Positions 17,521 to 27,538 of a DNA stretch of 57,223 bases are shown here, in pieces. This DNA is from a candidate division WOR-1 bacterium RIFCSPLOWO2_02_FULL_46_20. Its GTDB lineage: Bacteria > Margulisbacteria > WOR-1 > O2-12-FULL-45-9. The DNA lies in NCBI GenBank assembly GCA_001771365.1, contig METP01000048.1:1-57223 (forward strand), read 5' to 3'. The notes under the pieces are model-generated. The model had not been told where the DNA came from, ran no database searches, and worked only from the letters and a program-made list of their open reading frames with translations. Both the position numbers and the translations under genes were made by a program. Every line of letters begins with the position of its first letter. The first letter of the stretch is position 1.

Positions 17521-18704
17521 AAAGAATATACCTTGATTACGCAGCCACGACCCCGACTCATTCGGATGTCTTTGCCGCTATGGAGCCATATTTTGGGGAA
17601 AAATTTGGTAATCCTTCCAGCATTCACTCCTTTGGCAGAGAAACCCGCTCGGCGGTAGAAAAAGCCAGGGAACAAGTGGCCGCCTTGATTTCTGCCAAAC
17701 CAGAAGAAATAGTTTTTACCTCCGGCGGCACAGAATCAAATAACTTTGCTTTAAACGGCATAGCCGAAATTAATAAAACAAAAGGGAATCATCTTATTAC
17801 TTCACGGATTGAGCATCCGGCAGTTTTGGAGCCTTGCCAGCACCTGGAAAAACAGGGTTTTGTCGTTACCTATCTACCCGTGGATAAAGATGGCTTGATT
17901 AATTCGGATGATGTAAAAAAAGCGATTACTGATAAGACGATTCTTGTGTCGATTATGATGGCTAATAATGAGATTGGCGTGATAGAGCCCATTGAGGAGA
18001 TCAATCGGGTAATTAAGGATAAACTTGAGAAGCAGGGGCAGAAGATTTATTTTCACGTTGACGCGGTGCAGGCCTTTGGCGCGATTCCGATTGATGTCAA
18101 CAAGCTTGGAATGGATTTACTGTCCTGTTCCGGGCATAAGCTTTACGGGCCAAAGGGTGTCGGGGCTTTATATATAAGAAAAGGGACCCGTATTGCCGCT
18201 TTTATGCGCGGCGGACATCAAGAAAAGAATCGGCGCGCTTCTACTGAGAATGTTCCTGGCCTTGTCGGGTTTGGCAAAGCTTGCGAGCTGGCTTTGCGGG
18301 AGTTAGATTCAAGAGTAGAACATTTAACTGGTTTACGCGATAAGTTAATCAAAGGTTTGCTGGACAAAATTCCTGAGACACAATTGAATGGACACCCGAC
18401 CAGGCGTTTACCTAATAATGTGAATGTTTCTGTTAGATATATTGAAGGCGAATCTATGCTTTTGAACCTGGACATGGAGGGCATAGCTGCCTCAACCGGT
18501 TCTGCTTGCACTTCAGGCACACTTGATCCTTCACATGTGCTTTTGGCCATAGGGTTACCGCACGAAATCGCGCATGGTTCGGTTCGGTTCACACTCGGCC
18601 GATTAACAACACAAGAGGATATTGATCATGTTTTGGACGTTTTCCCAAAAATCGTAGAAAAACTTCGTGCAATGTCGCCGCTCTACAAAAAAGGGGGTAA
18701 GTGA
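17517..18704 (+). CDS. iscS: Cysteine desulfurase NifS/IscS
   Basis: YLDYAATTP, FGNPSS, SGHKLYGPKG, STGSACTS, LRAMSPL. Confidence 0.95.
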   Translation: MKRIYLDYAATTPTHSDVFAAMEPYFGEKFGNPSSIHSFGRETRSAVEKAREQVAALISAKPEEIVFTSGGTESNNFALNGIAEINKTKGNHLITSRIEHPAVLEPCQHLEKQGFVVTYLPVDKDGLINSDDVKKAITDKTILVSIMMANNEIGVIEPIEEINRVIKDKLEKQGQKIYFHVDAVQAFGAIPIDVNKLGMDLLSCSGHKLYGPKGVGALYIRKGTRIAAFMRGGHQEKNRRASTENVPGLVGFGKACELALRELDSRVEHLTGLRDKLIKGLLDKIPETQLNGHPTRRLPNNVNVSVRYIEGESMLLNLDMEGIAASTGSACTSGTLDPSHVLLAIGLPHEIAHGSVRFTLGRLTTQEDIDHVLDVFPKIVEKLRAMSPLYKKGGK

Positions 18705-18705
18705 A

Positions 18706-19140
18706 ATGGCTTCACCATATAGTGAAAAAGTAATGGATCATTTTCGTAATCCGCGGAATGTTGGGGAGATTGCCAATCCCGATGGGATAGGCAAGGTGGG
18801 CAACCCTGTTTGCGGCGATATTATGGAGATGTATATTAAAGTCAAAGATAACGTTATAACTGATGTAAAATTCAAAACCTTTGGCTGTGGCGCGGCTATT
18901 GCGACTTCTTCCATGGCAACAGAATTGATTAAAGGCAAAACTATTGAGGAGGCTTTGAACTTAACCAACAAAGCCGTGGCTGAAGCGTTGGATGGCCTGC
19001 CGCCGATTAAAATGCACTGTTCGGTCTTGGCCGAAGACGCGGTTAAAGGCGCAATAGATGATTATTTAAAGAAAACTACGGGCAAGGGGTTGCCAGGTTG
19101 GAAACCAAGAAACGAGGAAATACACGAGCATGGACATTAA
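18706..19140 (+). CDS. iscU: Fe-S scaffold IscU/NifU-N
   Basis: YSEKVMDHF.NPRN, GNPVCGD, FKTFGCG, LPPIKMHCS; start ATG 18706. Confidence 0.95.
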   Translation: MASPYSEKVMDHFRNPRNVGEIANPDGIGKVGNPVCGDIMEMYIKVKDNVITDVKFKTFGCGAAIATSSMATELIKGKTIEEALNLTNKAVAEALDGLPPIKMHCSVLAEDAVKGAIDDYLKKTTGKGLPGWKPRNEEIHEHGH

Positions 19141-20032
19141 TGTTTTCTTTCAGACTATTGTTCACTATACTATAGATGTAGCGCCGGCTTTGGCGCTGGG
19201 TTTTTTTATTTCCGGTTTAATCCATGAGTTTTTGCCGGATGATTTTGTGGCTAAATATCTGGCCAAGAAGAATATTTTTTCAATCCTTTGGGCCACGTTG
19301 ATCGGCGTATTCCTGCCAGTTTGTTGCCTGGGCTCGCTGCCGGTCGCGGTTAGTTTTTATAAGAAGGGCGCGCGCTTGGGCCCAATCCTGGCCTTTATTG
19401 TGGCAACGCCAGCTACCTCGATAACAGCACTATTGTTGACTTATAAACTGCTCGGAGCAAAATTTACCGTGTTTATATTTTTTGCCGCAATTATTTTGGG
19501 CGTAATCATGGGGTTAATCGGTAATCTCTTTTCTTATGAGCCCAAAGCGGTTGGGAAAACAAAGAGCTGTTGCGTCGATGAATGTTCTGGAGATGTTTGT
19601 ACATGCGAGCGGCACCATTCGTTATTTAGTAAAATTAAATCTGTTTTTGTGTATGCTTTTTGGACAATGCCGCGAGATATTGGTAAGGAGATTCTTATCG
19701 GTTTATTCTTAGCTGCGCTGATTACTTCGATCGCGCCAATCGGCACACTTATTAAGCTTTATTTGGGCGGAGCTTTTGGTTATGTTTTTACCCTGGTGTT
19801 TGGTCTATTTATGTATTTGTGTTCAACCGGGTCTGTTCCCCTGGTTCATGCTTTTGTTAAGGCGGGAATGAATACAGGGGCTAGCATGCTGTTGCTCTTA
19901 GCCGGGCCGGTAACAAGTTTTGGCACAATGTTAGTGGTTAGAAAACAATTCGGTAATAAGATTTTGGCAGTTTATGTAATAACGATCTCTATTGTCGCCC
20001 TTATTTTGAGCTACGAGTTTTCGTTGATTTAA
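19130..20032 (+). CDS. ArsP/DUF318-family permease
   Basis: LPVCCLGSLP and MYLCSTGSVP repeated motifs; Cys/His-rich loop. Confidence 0.8.
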   Translation: MDINVFFQTIVHYTIDVAPALALGFFISGLIHEFLPDDFVAKYLAKKNIFSILWATLIGVFLPVCCLGSLPVAVSFYKKGARLGPILAFIVATPATSITALLLTYKLLGAKFTVFIFFAAIILGVIMGLIGNLFSYEPKAVGKTKSCCVDECSGDVCTCERHHSLFSKIKSVFVYAFWTMPRDIGKEILIGLFLAALITSIAPIGTLIKLYLGGAFGYVFTLVFGLFMYLCSTGSVPLVHAFVKAGMNTGASMLLLLAGPVTSFGTMLVVRKQFGNKILAVYVITISIVALILSYEFSLI

Positions 20033-20033
20033 G

Positions 20034-21080
20034 GTGAAGACAAAAGTCCTCGTGGCCATGTCCGGCGGAGTAGATTCCTCAGTGGCAGCTGCGTTGTTAA
20101 AAGAGCAGGGGTACGATTTAGTTGGCGTGACGATGCAGGTGTGGCCCAACCAAGAGGCCTTTGGTGGTTGTTGTTCGCTGGAAGCGGTTGATGATGCAAA
20201 AGAAGTGGCGAATCGGTTGGAAATTCCTCACTACACCTTAAATTTTCGTGATATTTTTCAAAAACAAGTAATAGATAACTTTGTCGAAGAATATAAAAAC
20301 GGTAGAACACCCAACCCGTGCATTCGCTGCAACCAATTTATCAAGTTTGATTATCTAATGCAAAAAGCCAGAGAATTGGGGGCGAAAAAGGTGGCGACGG
20401 GGCATTACGCAAGAATAGAACGCAGGACGGATAAATATATTTTAAAAAAAGGAAGGGATCACAAAAAAGATCAAGCCTATGTTCTATATATGATGAATCA
20501 GAAAAGCCTGGCGCGGACGTTGTTTCCGCTAGGCGGGATGACCAAGGCTGACGTGAGAAAACTGGCCAAGAAAGATGGTTTGCCGGTGCACGATAAGGCG
20601 GAAAGTCAGGAAATCTGCTTTATTGAAGATGATAATTATGGCCGATTTTTAAAAGATGTTTGTCCTGAAGCAGTTAAGCCAGGGCCCATTGTTGATTTAA
20701 AAGGCAAGGTTGTTGGCCAGCACGAAGGAATTGCTTTCTACACTCTGGGGCAGAGGAAAGGAATTGGCGCGCATAAGGGTCAACCCAAGTATGTTGTGCG
20801 CCTTGATGTTCAAAATGATACCGTGGTCATTGGTGATCAAAATGATATTTTAGGCCGGGAGTTGCTGGCCACACAAGTTTCGTATGTGTCAGGGGAAGCG
20901 CCAGGCGAGCCTTTGCCGATTAAGGCGAAAATAAGATATAATTCACCCGAGGCCGAAGCGGTTTTATATCCAGACAATATGATTATATTCAAAGCCCCGC
21001 AGTTGGCGATAACACCCGGCCAGTCGGTGGTATTTTATAAAGGAGACGAAGTAATCGGTGGCGGAATCATTAGTTGCTAA
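20034..21080 (+). CDS. mnmA: tRNA 2-thiouridylase MnmA
   Basis: AMSGGVDSS, TPNPCIRCN, ATGHYA, KDQ, ESQEICF, TPGQ. Confidence 0.95.
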   Translation: MKTKVLVAMSGGVDSSVAAALLKEQGYDLVGVTMQVWPNQEAFGGCCSLEAVDDAKEVANRLEIPHYTLNFRDIFQKQVIDNFVEEYKNGRTPNPCIRCNQFIKFDYLMQKARELGAKKVATGHYARIERRTDKYILKKGRDHKKDQAYVLYMMNQKSLARTLFPLGGMTKADVRKLAKKDGLPVHDKAESQEICFIEDDNYGRFLKDVCPEAVKPGPIVDLKGKVVGQHEGIAFYTLGQRKGIGAHKGQPKYVVRLDVQNDTVVIGDQNDILGRELLATQVSYVSGEAPGEPLPIKAKIRYNSPEAEAVLYPDNMIIFKAPQLAITPGQSVVFYKGDEVIGGGIISC

Positions 21081-21975
21081 AATTCAAAAGCTTAAAAAGG
21101 AGCGCAACGCGGTAATTTTAGCGCACAATTATCAATTGCCGGAAGTTCAAGACATTGCTGATTATACAGGAGATTCTTTGGGTTTATCGATCGAAGCTTC
21201 AAAAACCAGGGCTGAGGTTATCGTATTTTGCGGGGTTAATTTTATGGCTGAAACCGCGGCTATTATCAGTCCCGGCAAGAAAGTTATTGTTCCGGAGATC
21301 AATGCCGGTTGTCCCATGGCGGATATGATTAATGTTGAAAAGTTAAAAGAGTTAAAAAATAAACATCCCAAGGCTAAAGTTGTCTGTTATGTTAATTCCG
21401 GTGCGGATATTAAGGCAGAATCAGATATTTGCTGCACTTCGGCCAATGCCGCAGAAATGGTTGACTCACTAAAAGATGCCAAAGAAATCATCTTTGTGCC
21501 GGATAAATTTTTGGGGCACTATATCTCAACCAGAGTAAAAGATAAGAAGTTTATCCTGTGGCAAGGGTTTTGTCCTACTCATGCCAAGATTTTGCCGGAA
21601 CATATTAAGGCAGCCAAAGAAGAACACCCTGATGCCGAAGTTCTAGTCCATCCGGAATGCCGGCCCGAAACAATTGCTTTGGCTGATCAAGCTTTATCAA
21701 CAGGTGGGATGCTTAAATATGTTAAAAAGAGCGGGGGAAAGGAATTTATCGTTGGGACTGAAGTCGGCATGCTTTATCCTTTACAAAAAGAAAGCCCGGT
21801 TAAAAGGTTTTATCCGGCATTAGAGCAAGCTATTTGCCCCAATATGAAGATGACTAACATGGAAAAGGTCTTATGGTCATTGGAGGACATGAAAACAGAG
21901 GTACAAGTACCAAAAGAAATCGCTGACAGGGCGCGTTTAGCAATCGATAGAATGCTTAGTGTATCGGGCCGATAG
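21058..21975 (+). CDS. nadA: Quinolinate synthase
   Basis: LAHNYQ, VFCGVNFMAE, AGCPMA, YVNS, HPEC, CPNMK. Confidence 0.95.
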   Translation: MAESLVAKIQKLKKERNAVILAHNYQLPEVQDIADYTGDSLGLSIEASKTRAEVIVFCGVNFMAETAAIISPGKKVIVPEINAGCPMADMINVEKLKELKNKHPKAKVVCYVNSGADIKAESDICCTSANAAEMVDSLKDAKEIIFVPDKFLGHYISTRVKDKKFILWQGFCPTHAKILPEHIKAAKEEHPDAEVLVHPECRPETIALADQALSTGGMLKYVKKSGGKEFIVGTEVGMLYPLQKESPVKRFYPALEQAICPNMKMTNMEKVLWSLEDMKTEVQVPKEIADRARLAIDRMLSVSGR

Positions 21976-22378
21976 GTCCGCCGCTTTTCTTTTCTGTGCT
22001 GCGGGAACGTCTCTTTCTTAAGCCGCGTTCAACCAGCTCGTAAATCTCTTCCATTAAAAACGGTTTGCGCAGATATTCAAGAGCGCCCAGGGTAATGGCA
22101 TTAGCATGAGAAGATTCTGTGGCATAAGCAGTGACGATACAAACTTCAATAGTTGAATCAATTTCTTTGATTTTCTTTAAAACTTCAAGCCCATCCATGC
22201 CGGGCAGTTTATAGTCAACAAAAGCAAGATCAAACTGCTCTTTCTTTAGATTGGCAATGGCGGTGGGGCCATCCGGGAAAAGTTCTACTTCGTAATCCTT
22301 TATCATGAGAATCTGTTTGAATGATTCAAGTACTGAGGGCTCGTCATCCACGACCATAATTTTTACATTTTCTGCCAA
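21956..22378 (-). CDS. Single-domain response regulator
   Basis: IMVVDDE, FVDYKLPGMDG, YLRKPF; SD GGAGG before TTG. Confidence 0.85.
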   Translation of the reverse strand: MAENVKIMVVDDEPSVLESFKQILMIKDYEVELFPDGPTAIANLKKEQFDLAFVDYKLPGMDGLEVLKKIKEIDSTIEVCIVTAYATESSHANAITLGALEYLRKPFLMEEIYELVERGLRKRRSRSTEKKSGGPIGPIH

Positions 22379-22472
22379 AGTAACCAGCCTCCAAGATGTA
22401 TTTGTGATATTCTAGCACCGAGCCTATATTATTGCAAATAGATTTTAGTTATGTTATCCTAAAAATCGTTAC

Positions 22473-22546
22473 GGCGGCATAGCTCAGCTGGTTAGAGCAA
22501 ACGGCTCATACCCGTTGTGTCCCTGGTTCGAATCCAGGTGCCGCCA
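22473..22546 (+). tRNA. tRNA-Met (CAT), elongator type; CCA not encoded
   Basis: Acceptor GGCGGCA/TGCCGCC, D arm AGCTCAGCTGGTTAGAGC, anticodon arm AACGG-CTCATAC-CCGTT, T loop GTTCGAATC; upstream TTGCAA-N17-TATCCT. Confidence 0.92.
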
Positions 22547-22558
22547 TTAGGAATTGTG

Positions 22559-22873
22559 ATGAAAGTAAGTATTGGCGATAGGTTGTTGTCAGCAGCGGCC
22601 TACCTTTTTGGTATTCCAGCTATGTATATTGTCTTAACTAAAAATAGGCAGCGCGGCTATGTGGGGTATCATGGGGCTCAGGCGTATCTGCTTTGGATTA
22701 TCTTTGTTCTCATTTTTTTTGTTACCAGAATAGGTATAGATTTGTTGTGGAGCCTGAAGTATCTACCGCAACTCGATTATATTGAAAGGGTTGCTGTTAT
22801 AATCATGGCTATTTATGCCCTGTCTCGCGGGTGGCAAAGTTTGTTGGGGAAGAACCTTAATATCCCGCATTAA
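22559..22873 (+). CDS. Small three-TM membrane protein (DUF4870/Tic20-like)
   Basis: AAAYL, YHGAQA, three hydrophobic segments; start moved to 22559 to avoid tRNA overlap. Confidence 0.6.
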   Translation: MKVSIGDRLLSAAAYLFGIPAMYIVLTKNRQRGYVGYHGAQAYLLWIIFVLIFFVTRIGIDLLWSLKYLPQLDYIERVAVIIMAIYALSRGWQSLLGKNLNIPH

Positions 22874-22878
22874 TCTCC

Positions 22879-24252
22879 ATGATAAATAAACAGTTTTTAG
22901 ACACAATTAATGAATATAAAATGCTGCAACCCAAGGATAGGGTTTTGGTGGCTGTTTCTGGAGGAGCGGACTCAACAGCCCTGCTAAATCTCTTATATGC
23001 ACACAGGGACGAATTAAAAATCACTTTACATGTGGCACACTTGAACCACCTGATCCGCAAGAGTGATGCGGAGTTGGATGTCAGATATGTTCAGCAATTA
23101 GCCCAGAAATTAGATATTCCTGTCGCTGTTGAGTCTTTTGACGTGCAGGCGTATGCCAAGGAAGGACGGTTGGGGTTGGAGGTGGCCGCCAGGCAGATTC
23201 GTTACGCCTTTTTTGACAAAGTTGCCAAACAAATCGGCGCGAACAGGATAGCCATAGCCCATTCTGCCGACGATAATGTCGAGACATTTTTAATGCGACT
23301 GCTGCGTGGGGCAGGGCTTGACGGGCTTTGCGGCATTCCGCCCAGGCGGGGGATTATTATCCGTCCTCTGATCAAAATCTGGCGCAGGCAGATCGAAGAT
23401 TATATGGCAACCTTAAAGCTTGTGCCGCGACGGGATTATACTAATTTTGAATCAAGATACCAGCGCAACCAGGTTAGGTTGAAACTTATCCCCCAGCTTA
23501 AGCTGTACAATTTAAATATTAAAGAAATTATACTGCAAACGATATTACTCTTGACAGAAGACCGCGGGTACCTTGAGACAAAGGCAGAAGAGGCGCTATT
23601 TGAGACAATTAAATCTTTTAGTGATGATGAAATTGTCTTGCGGGTTGATAAACTGCAATCCTGGGAATATCCTATCCAGGGTCACTTATTAAGAAAAGCG
23701 ATAGAGAAAGTTAAAGGGAACTTGTCCGAGCTTACTTTTAAACATGTACGCAGTATCCTGGATAATCTTGAAAAAGATGAAAGATGGGAGATGCATCTGC
23801 CCGGAGAAATTTATGTTGTTGCCAGACAAAAAGAGTTGCTGATCAGTCGCGAAAAACCAACCCCTCTTAAAAGGATAGCCTATCGTTATACTCTGGCTGT
23901 CCCCGGGGTTGTTGAGATCAGGGAAATCGGCAAGAGAATAAGAACAGACATTTTGGACAGTGTCCAAATATCTGATTCACCCAATGTTGCTTGTATTGAT
24001 TTTAATGTGCTGGGTAAGAATGTTGTGGCGCGCAGCCGGCAAGACGGGGATAAATTTTCGCCTTTGGGGATGAGGGGGTCAAAAAAGCTACAGGATTTTT
24101 TTGTTGATGAAAAAATCCCAGTCCAGTTTCGTGACTCTATGCCTGTTATAGAAAGTGATGGGGTTATTGTCTGGGTCGGGGGCTTGCGTATTGATGAACG
24201 CGCCAGGGTTACCAAGAGGACAAAAAAAATTGTGAGGCTGGAACTATTATGA
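22879..24252 (+). CDS. tilS: tRNA(Ile)-lysidine synthase
   Basis: AVSGGADS, HLNH, AHSADDNVET, RPL, C-terminal KKLQDFFVDEKIP. Confidence 0.95.
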   Translation: MINKQFLDTINEYKMLQPKDRVLVAVSGGADSTALLNLLYAHRDELKITLHVAHLNHLIRKSDAELDVRYVQQLAQKLDIPVAVESFDVQAYAKEGRLGLEVAARQIRYAFFDKVAKQIGANRIAIAHSADDNVETFLMRLLRGAGLDGLCGIPPRRGIIIRPLIKIWRRQIEDYMATLKLVPRRDYTNFESRYQRNQVRLKLIPQLKLYNLNIKEIILQTILLLTEDRGYLETKAEEALFETIKSFSDDEIVLRVDKLQSWEYPIQGHLLRKAIEKVKGNLSELTFKHVRSILDNLEKDERWEMHLPGEIYVVARQKELLISREKPTPLKRIAYRYTLAVPGVVEIREIGKRIRTDILDSVQISDSPNVACIDFNVLGKNVVARSRQDGDKFSPLGMRGSKKLQDFFVDEKIPVQFRDSMPVIESDGVIVWVGGLRIDERARVTKRTKKIVRLELL

Positions 24253-25448
24253 TTGCCAGAGTTATTGAGCTGGATAATCTATCAGAGGCCGGCAAAGAAA
24301 TGTTGGCTATTGGTTGTGATAAGGTTGGCGTGGAAATTATGTCTCATAAGGCGATTAGCCGAGTTATCAAGATAAAGAATGTCAGACCACCGGCCGCCAA
24401 TATTATTAAACAGGAAATGCTCTCTTTTGGCGGCGAAGCAGCTACTGCTCACGGAGCCATCGATCAATCCGTGGATACCACAGATCTGTTGATTTTTGGT
24501 ACGCTGAGACAAATTTCATTATTACTCAACAAATTAAAAATACATCAGTTTGGTTTGTCCCAGATCGGGGCTGAGATAAATATAGCCTTGGGAAATTATC
24601 AGGTGCGACCCGGACCAATTGCCAGGATGGACTTTGGTGAACGAACTTATATTATGGGAATTCTCAATGTTACCCCCGATTCGTTTTCGGATGGTGACAA
24701 ATTTATGGATGTGGCGACCGCTCTGGCTCATGCCAAAAAGATGGTTATGGATGGCGCTGACATTATTGATGTGGGAGGAGAGTCTACTCGTCCAGGCTCA
24801 AAAACTGTTTCAGCGGCAGAAGAAAAAAAAAGAGTTCTGCCGGTAATAGAAAAATTGGCCAAAGAGACTAAAACGCTTATTTCAATTGATACGACCAAGG
24901 CCGAGGTGGCCCAGGCCGCGCTGGCCGCGGGGGCGAGGATGGTTAACGACATTTCTGGTTTGCGATTTGATAAGAATATGGCCAAAGTTGTGGCCGAGGC
25001 CAGGGTGCCGGTTTGTCTTATGCATATGCAGGGAAATCCCCGAAATATGCAGAATAATCCGGTATATTCCGACCTGATGGATGAAATGCTAAATTATTTG
25101 CAGGAAGGACTTGAAATTGCCAAAGAGGCTGGTATACTACATGGGCAAATAATTGTTGATCCGGGGATTGGCTTTGGTAAAACGGTTGTCCATAATCTTG
25201 AAATCTTAAGACGGTTGAGAGAGTTGAAAATTTTGGGTTGTCCCATATTAGTTGGCGCATCCCGCAAGTCTGTGATTGGCCAGGTTTTGAATTTACCGGT
25301 TTCTGATAGGGGGGAAGGGACCTCGGCGACCATTGCCATATCCATTGCCAACGGGGCAAATATTATTCGTGTCCACGATGTGGCTGAGATGGCCAGAGTG
25401 GCCAAAATGGCCGATTCTATAGTTCGAAGGAGGAATGAAAATGATTAA
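24249..25448 (+). CDS. folP: Dihydropteroate synthase with N-terminal extension
   Basis: MGILNVTPDSFSDG, DVGGESTRPG, DPGIGFGK, SRKS, RVHDV. Confidence 0.95.
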   Translation: MIARVIELDNLSEAGKEMLAIGCDKVGVEIMSHKAISRVIKIKNVRPPAANIIKQEMLSFGGEAATAHGAIDQSVDTTDLLIFGTLRQISLLLNKLKIHQFGLSQIGAEINIALGNYQVRPGPIARMDFGERTYIMGILNVTPDSFSDGDKFMDVATALAHAKKMVMDGADIIDVGGESTRPGSKTVSAAEEKKRVLPVIEKLAKETKTLISIDTTKAEVAQAALAAGARMVNDISGLRFDKNMAKVVAEARVPVCLMHMQGNPRNMQNNPVYSDLMDEMLNYLQEGLEIAKEAGILHGQIIVDPGIGFGKTVVHNLEILRRLRELKILGCPILVGASRKSVIGQVLNLPVSDRGEGTSATIAISIANGANIIRVHDVAEMARVAKMADSIVRRRNEND

Positions 25449-26097
25449 GAATAAAAAGAAAAAAATATTGTCCAGGAAAAAAAAGGTTGTGCTTAAAAAG
25501 AAAAAGGTTGCCGGCCCAAAAGTAAATAAGTTAAATAAACGTAAACCCAGTATTAACATCGCTTATTTGGGCCTGGGTTCAAATGTTGGTGATCGTGAAG
25601 AATACATTGAACAAGCGGTTTTTCTTATAGGTAAGCACCCCAAGCTTGAAGTCGCTCGTCATTCCACCAATTATGAGACAGAAGCAGAAGGTGGCGGTGG
25701 GAGTCAGCCTCCTTTTATCAATGCCGTGGTTGAGGTCAGAACCAAACTTTCGCCTCACGAGCTGCTGGATGCCTGTCACGAGATAGAGGCTACGTTGGGC
25801 CGCGAACGTGAAATAGAATGGGGTCCCAGGACTATTGATATTGATATTCTTCTTTATAATGACGAGGTTATTTCAGATGATAAGCTGCAAATCCCTCATC
25901 CCTTGATGCATGAGCGGGTTTTTGTATTAAAACCTTTGCGTGAGCTTGCGTCTCAGGTCATGCATCCGATTTTAGAGAAGAGTATTCAAAGTCTTTATGA
26001 AGAGAGAAAAACCGAGCTTGGAGAAAAATATGACGATGAATTGCCTGGGTTTAAGGAGATAAAGGGCGGGACTTACGACGACTACGAACGGTGGTAA
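25435..26097 (+). CDS. folK: HPPK with Lys-rich N-terminal tail
   Basis: AYLGLGSNVGDR, FINAV, WGPRTIDIDIL, IPHP.MHER.FVL.PL. Confidence 0.92.
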   Translation: MKMIKNKKKKILSRKKKVVLKKKKVAGPKVNKLNKRKPSINIAYLGLGSNVGDREEYIEQAVFLIGKHPKLEVARHSTNYETEAEGGGGSQPPFINAVVEVRTKLSPHELLDACHEIEATLGREREIEWGPRTIDIDILLYNDEVISDDKLQIPHPLMHERVFVLKPLRELASQVMHPILEKSIQSLYEERKTELGEKYDDELPGFKEIKGGTYDDYERW

Positions 26098-26525
26098 TTA
26101 CAACCAAAAGTGCCGAGGCAACTGTTGAGTTAGGGAAGAAGATCGGTGCTTTTTTAGTGGCTAATGATGTTGTTTGTTTAACAGGCCGGTTGGGGGCAGG
26201 GAAAACCACTTTAATTCAGGGAATAGCCGAAGGTTCTGGAGTCAAAGATTACGTAACCTCGCCGACTTTTATTATCATTAACGAATATCAAGGCAAATTG
26301 CCATTCTTTCACGTTGATCTTTACCGTTTAGAAAATGTTGATGAAATTGAAGATCTGGGTATTGAAGAGTATTTTAACCGTGGTGGGGTTTGTGTGATTG
26401 AGTGGGCGGAGAAGTTAGAAGAATTAGAACCAAAATATTGTCACGAGATAAAAATTAAAGTTATATCGGAGACGGAAAGGGGAATATGCGTATCCTCGGC
26501 CTTAGCAGCGCGACTAAAGTCATAA
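26091..26525 (+). CDS. tsaE: tRNA t6A biosynthesis ATPase TsaE
   Basis: GRLGAGKTT, VTSPTF, HVDLYRL, IEWA. Confidence 0.95.
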   Translation: MVITTKSAEATVELGKKIGAFLVANDVVCLTGRLGAGKTTLIQGIAEGSGVKDYVTSPTFIIINEYQGKLPFFHVDLYRLENVDEIEDLGIEEYFNRGGVCVIEWAEKLEELEPKYCHEIKIKVISETERGICVSSALAARLKS

Positions 26526-27106
26526 GTGTTGGTTTAATCGACGGAGATAAGGTCTTGGTCGATGCTACGGTTCCTGACATTCATTCTGAAATGATCTTGT
26601 CTTATATGGAAGAAGCTGGGATTAAATCAGAACAGATTGAAGGAATTGCCGTGGCTGATGGGCCAGGATCATATTCCGGATTAAGGGGAGGATTGGCAGT
26701 TGCTAAATCTTTAGCACATACTTTAAAAGTCCCGATTGTTGGAGTCTCGACCCTTGAAGCCATTGCCTATAACTTGGTTGATAAAGAGGGTACTATTGCG
26801 GTTTTACTGGATGCTAAGAGGGATGAATACAATTTTGCTTTGTTTAAAGCGTCGCAGGGTGAGCTTATTCGATTAACGGATGATTCTGTTATAAAACTTG
26901 AGGATTTAGATAAAAAGCTTGCTAATATTTATGGCAAGGTTCATTTGGTAGGGACTGATAAAGGGATTCAAGCAGATCCTTGTGGTATAAATGTGGCCAG
27001 GCTGGGTTTATTGAAAATTAAAGCAGGCGAGACTGTCGATCCCCTATCAATGGTACCCAAATATTCTCATAAACCAAACATTAGGGAATTCCACCAATCT
27101 CATTGA
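26486..27106 (+). CDS. tsaB: tRNA t6A biosynthesis protein TsaB
   Basis: HSE, GPGSYSGLR, LDAKR; between tsaE and rimI. Confidence 0.9.
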   Translation: MRILGLSSATKVISVGLIDGDKVLVDATVPDIHSEMILSYMEEAGIKSEQIEGIAVADGPGSYSGLRGGLAVAKSLAHTLKVPIVGVSTLEAIAYNLVDKEGTIAVLLDAKRDEYNFALFKASQGELIRLTDDSVIKLEDLDKKLANIYGKVHLVGTDKGIQADPCGINVARLGLLKIKAGETVDPLSMVPKYSHKPNIREFHQSH

Positions 27107-27124
27107 TTATGCTATAATCTATTT

Positions 27125-27538
27125 ATGTTGAATATAGCGCCTCTAAAAGAAGAAGACATTGCGGCGGTGGTGGCAATTGAAAGCCTCTCTTTTAGCGCGC
27201 CCAAAGAAGAAGCTATCTTTAAAAGTGACCAAAACAAGTATTTGGTAGCCAGAGAAGATGGCGAAATTATTGGTTATATTGGCGTTGAAAAAATTTCCGG
27301 GGAGATTCATGTAATTAATATGGCCGTCGCCCCGGAACACCGAAACCAGGGAATAGGCAATAAGCTTATGGAAAAGATTCTTAATAATATTGATGTTTTC
27401 TTTTTGGAAGTGAGGGCTTCTAATCTTGCGGCGCAGGGGCTTTATGAGAAATTTGGTTTCAAGAAAGTGGGGGTCAGGAGAAGATATTATTCAAACAATG
27501 GCGAGGATGCTTGTCTTATGAGGAGAGAACCGAAGTGA
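27125..27538 (+). CDS. rimI: Ribosomal protein S18 alanine N-acetyltransferase
   Basis: NMAV.P..R.QGIG, LEVRASN, LYEKFGF, RRRYY..NGEDA. Confidence 0.9.
   Translation: MLNIAPLKEEDIAAVVAIESLSFSAPKEEAIFKSDQNKYLVAREDGEIIGYIGVEKISGEIHVINMAVAPEHRNQGIGNKLMEKILNNIDVFFLEVRASNLAAQGLYEKFGFKKVGVRRRYYSNNGEDACLMRREPK

Noticed and set aside
22473-22546. tRNA-Ile2 (CAT) assignment because tilS is adjacent
   Set aside because: The G2-C71/C3-G70 acceptor pairs and the CTCATAC loop fit elongator Met better; a covariance-model classification would settle it
22517-22558. ORF-track N-terminus overlapping the tRNA
   Set aside because: Artefact of longest-ORF calling; ATG 22559 is the plausible start
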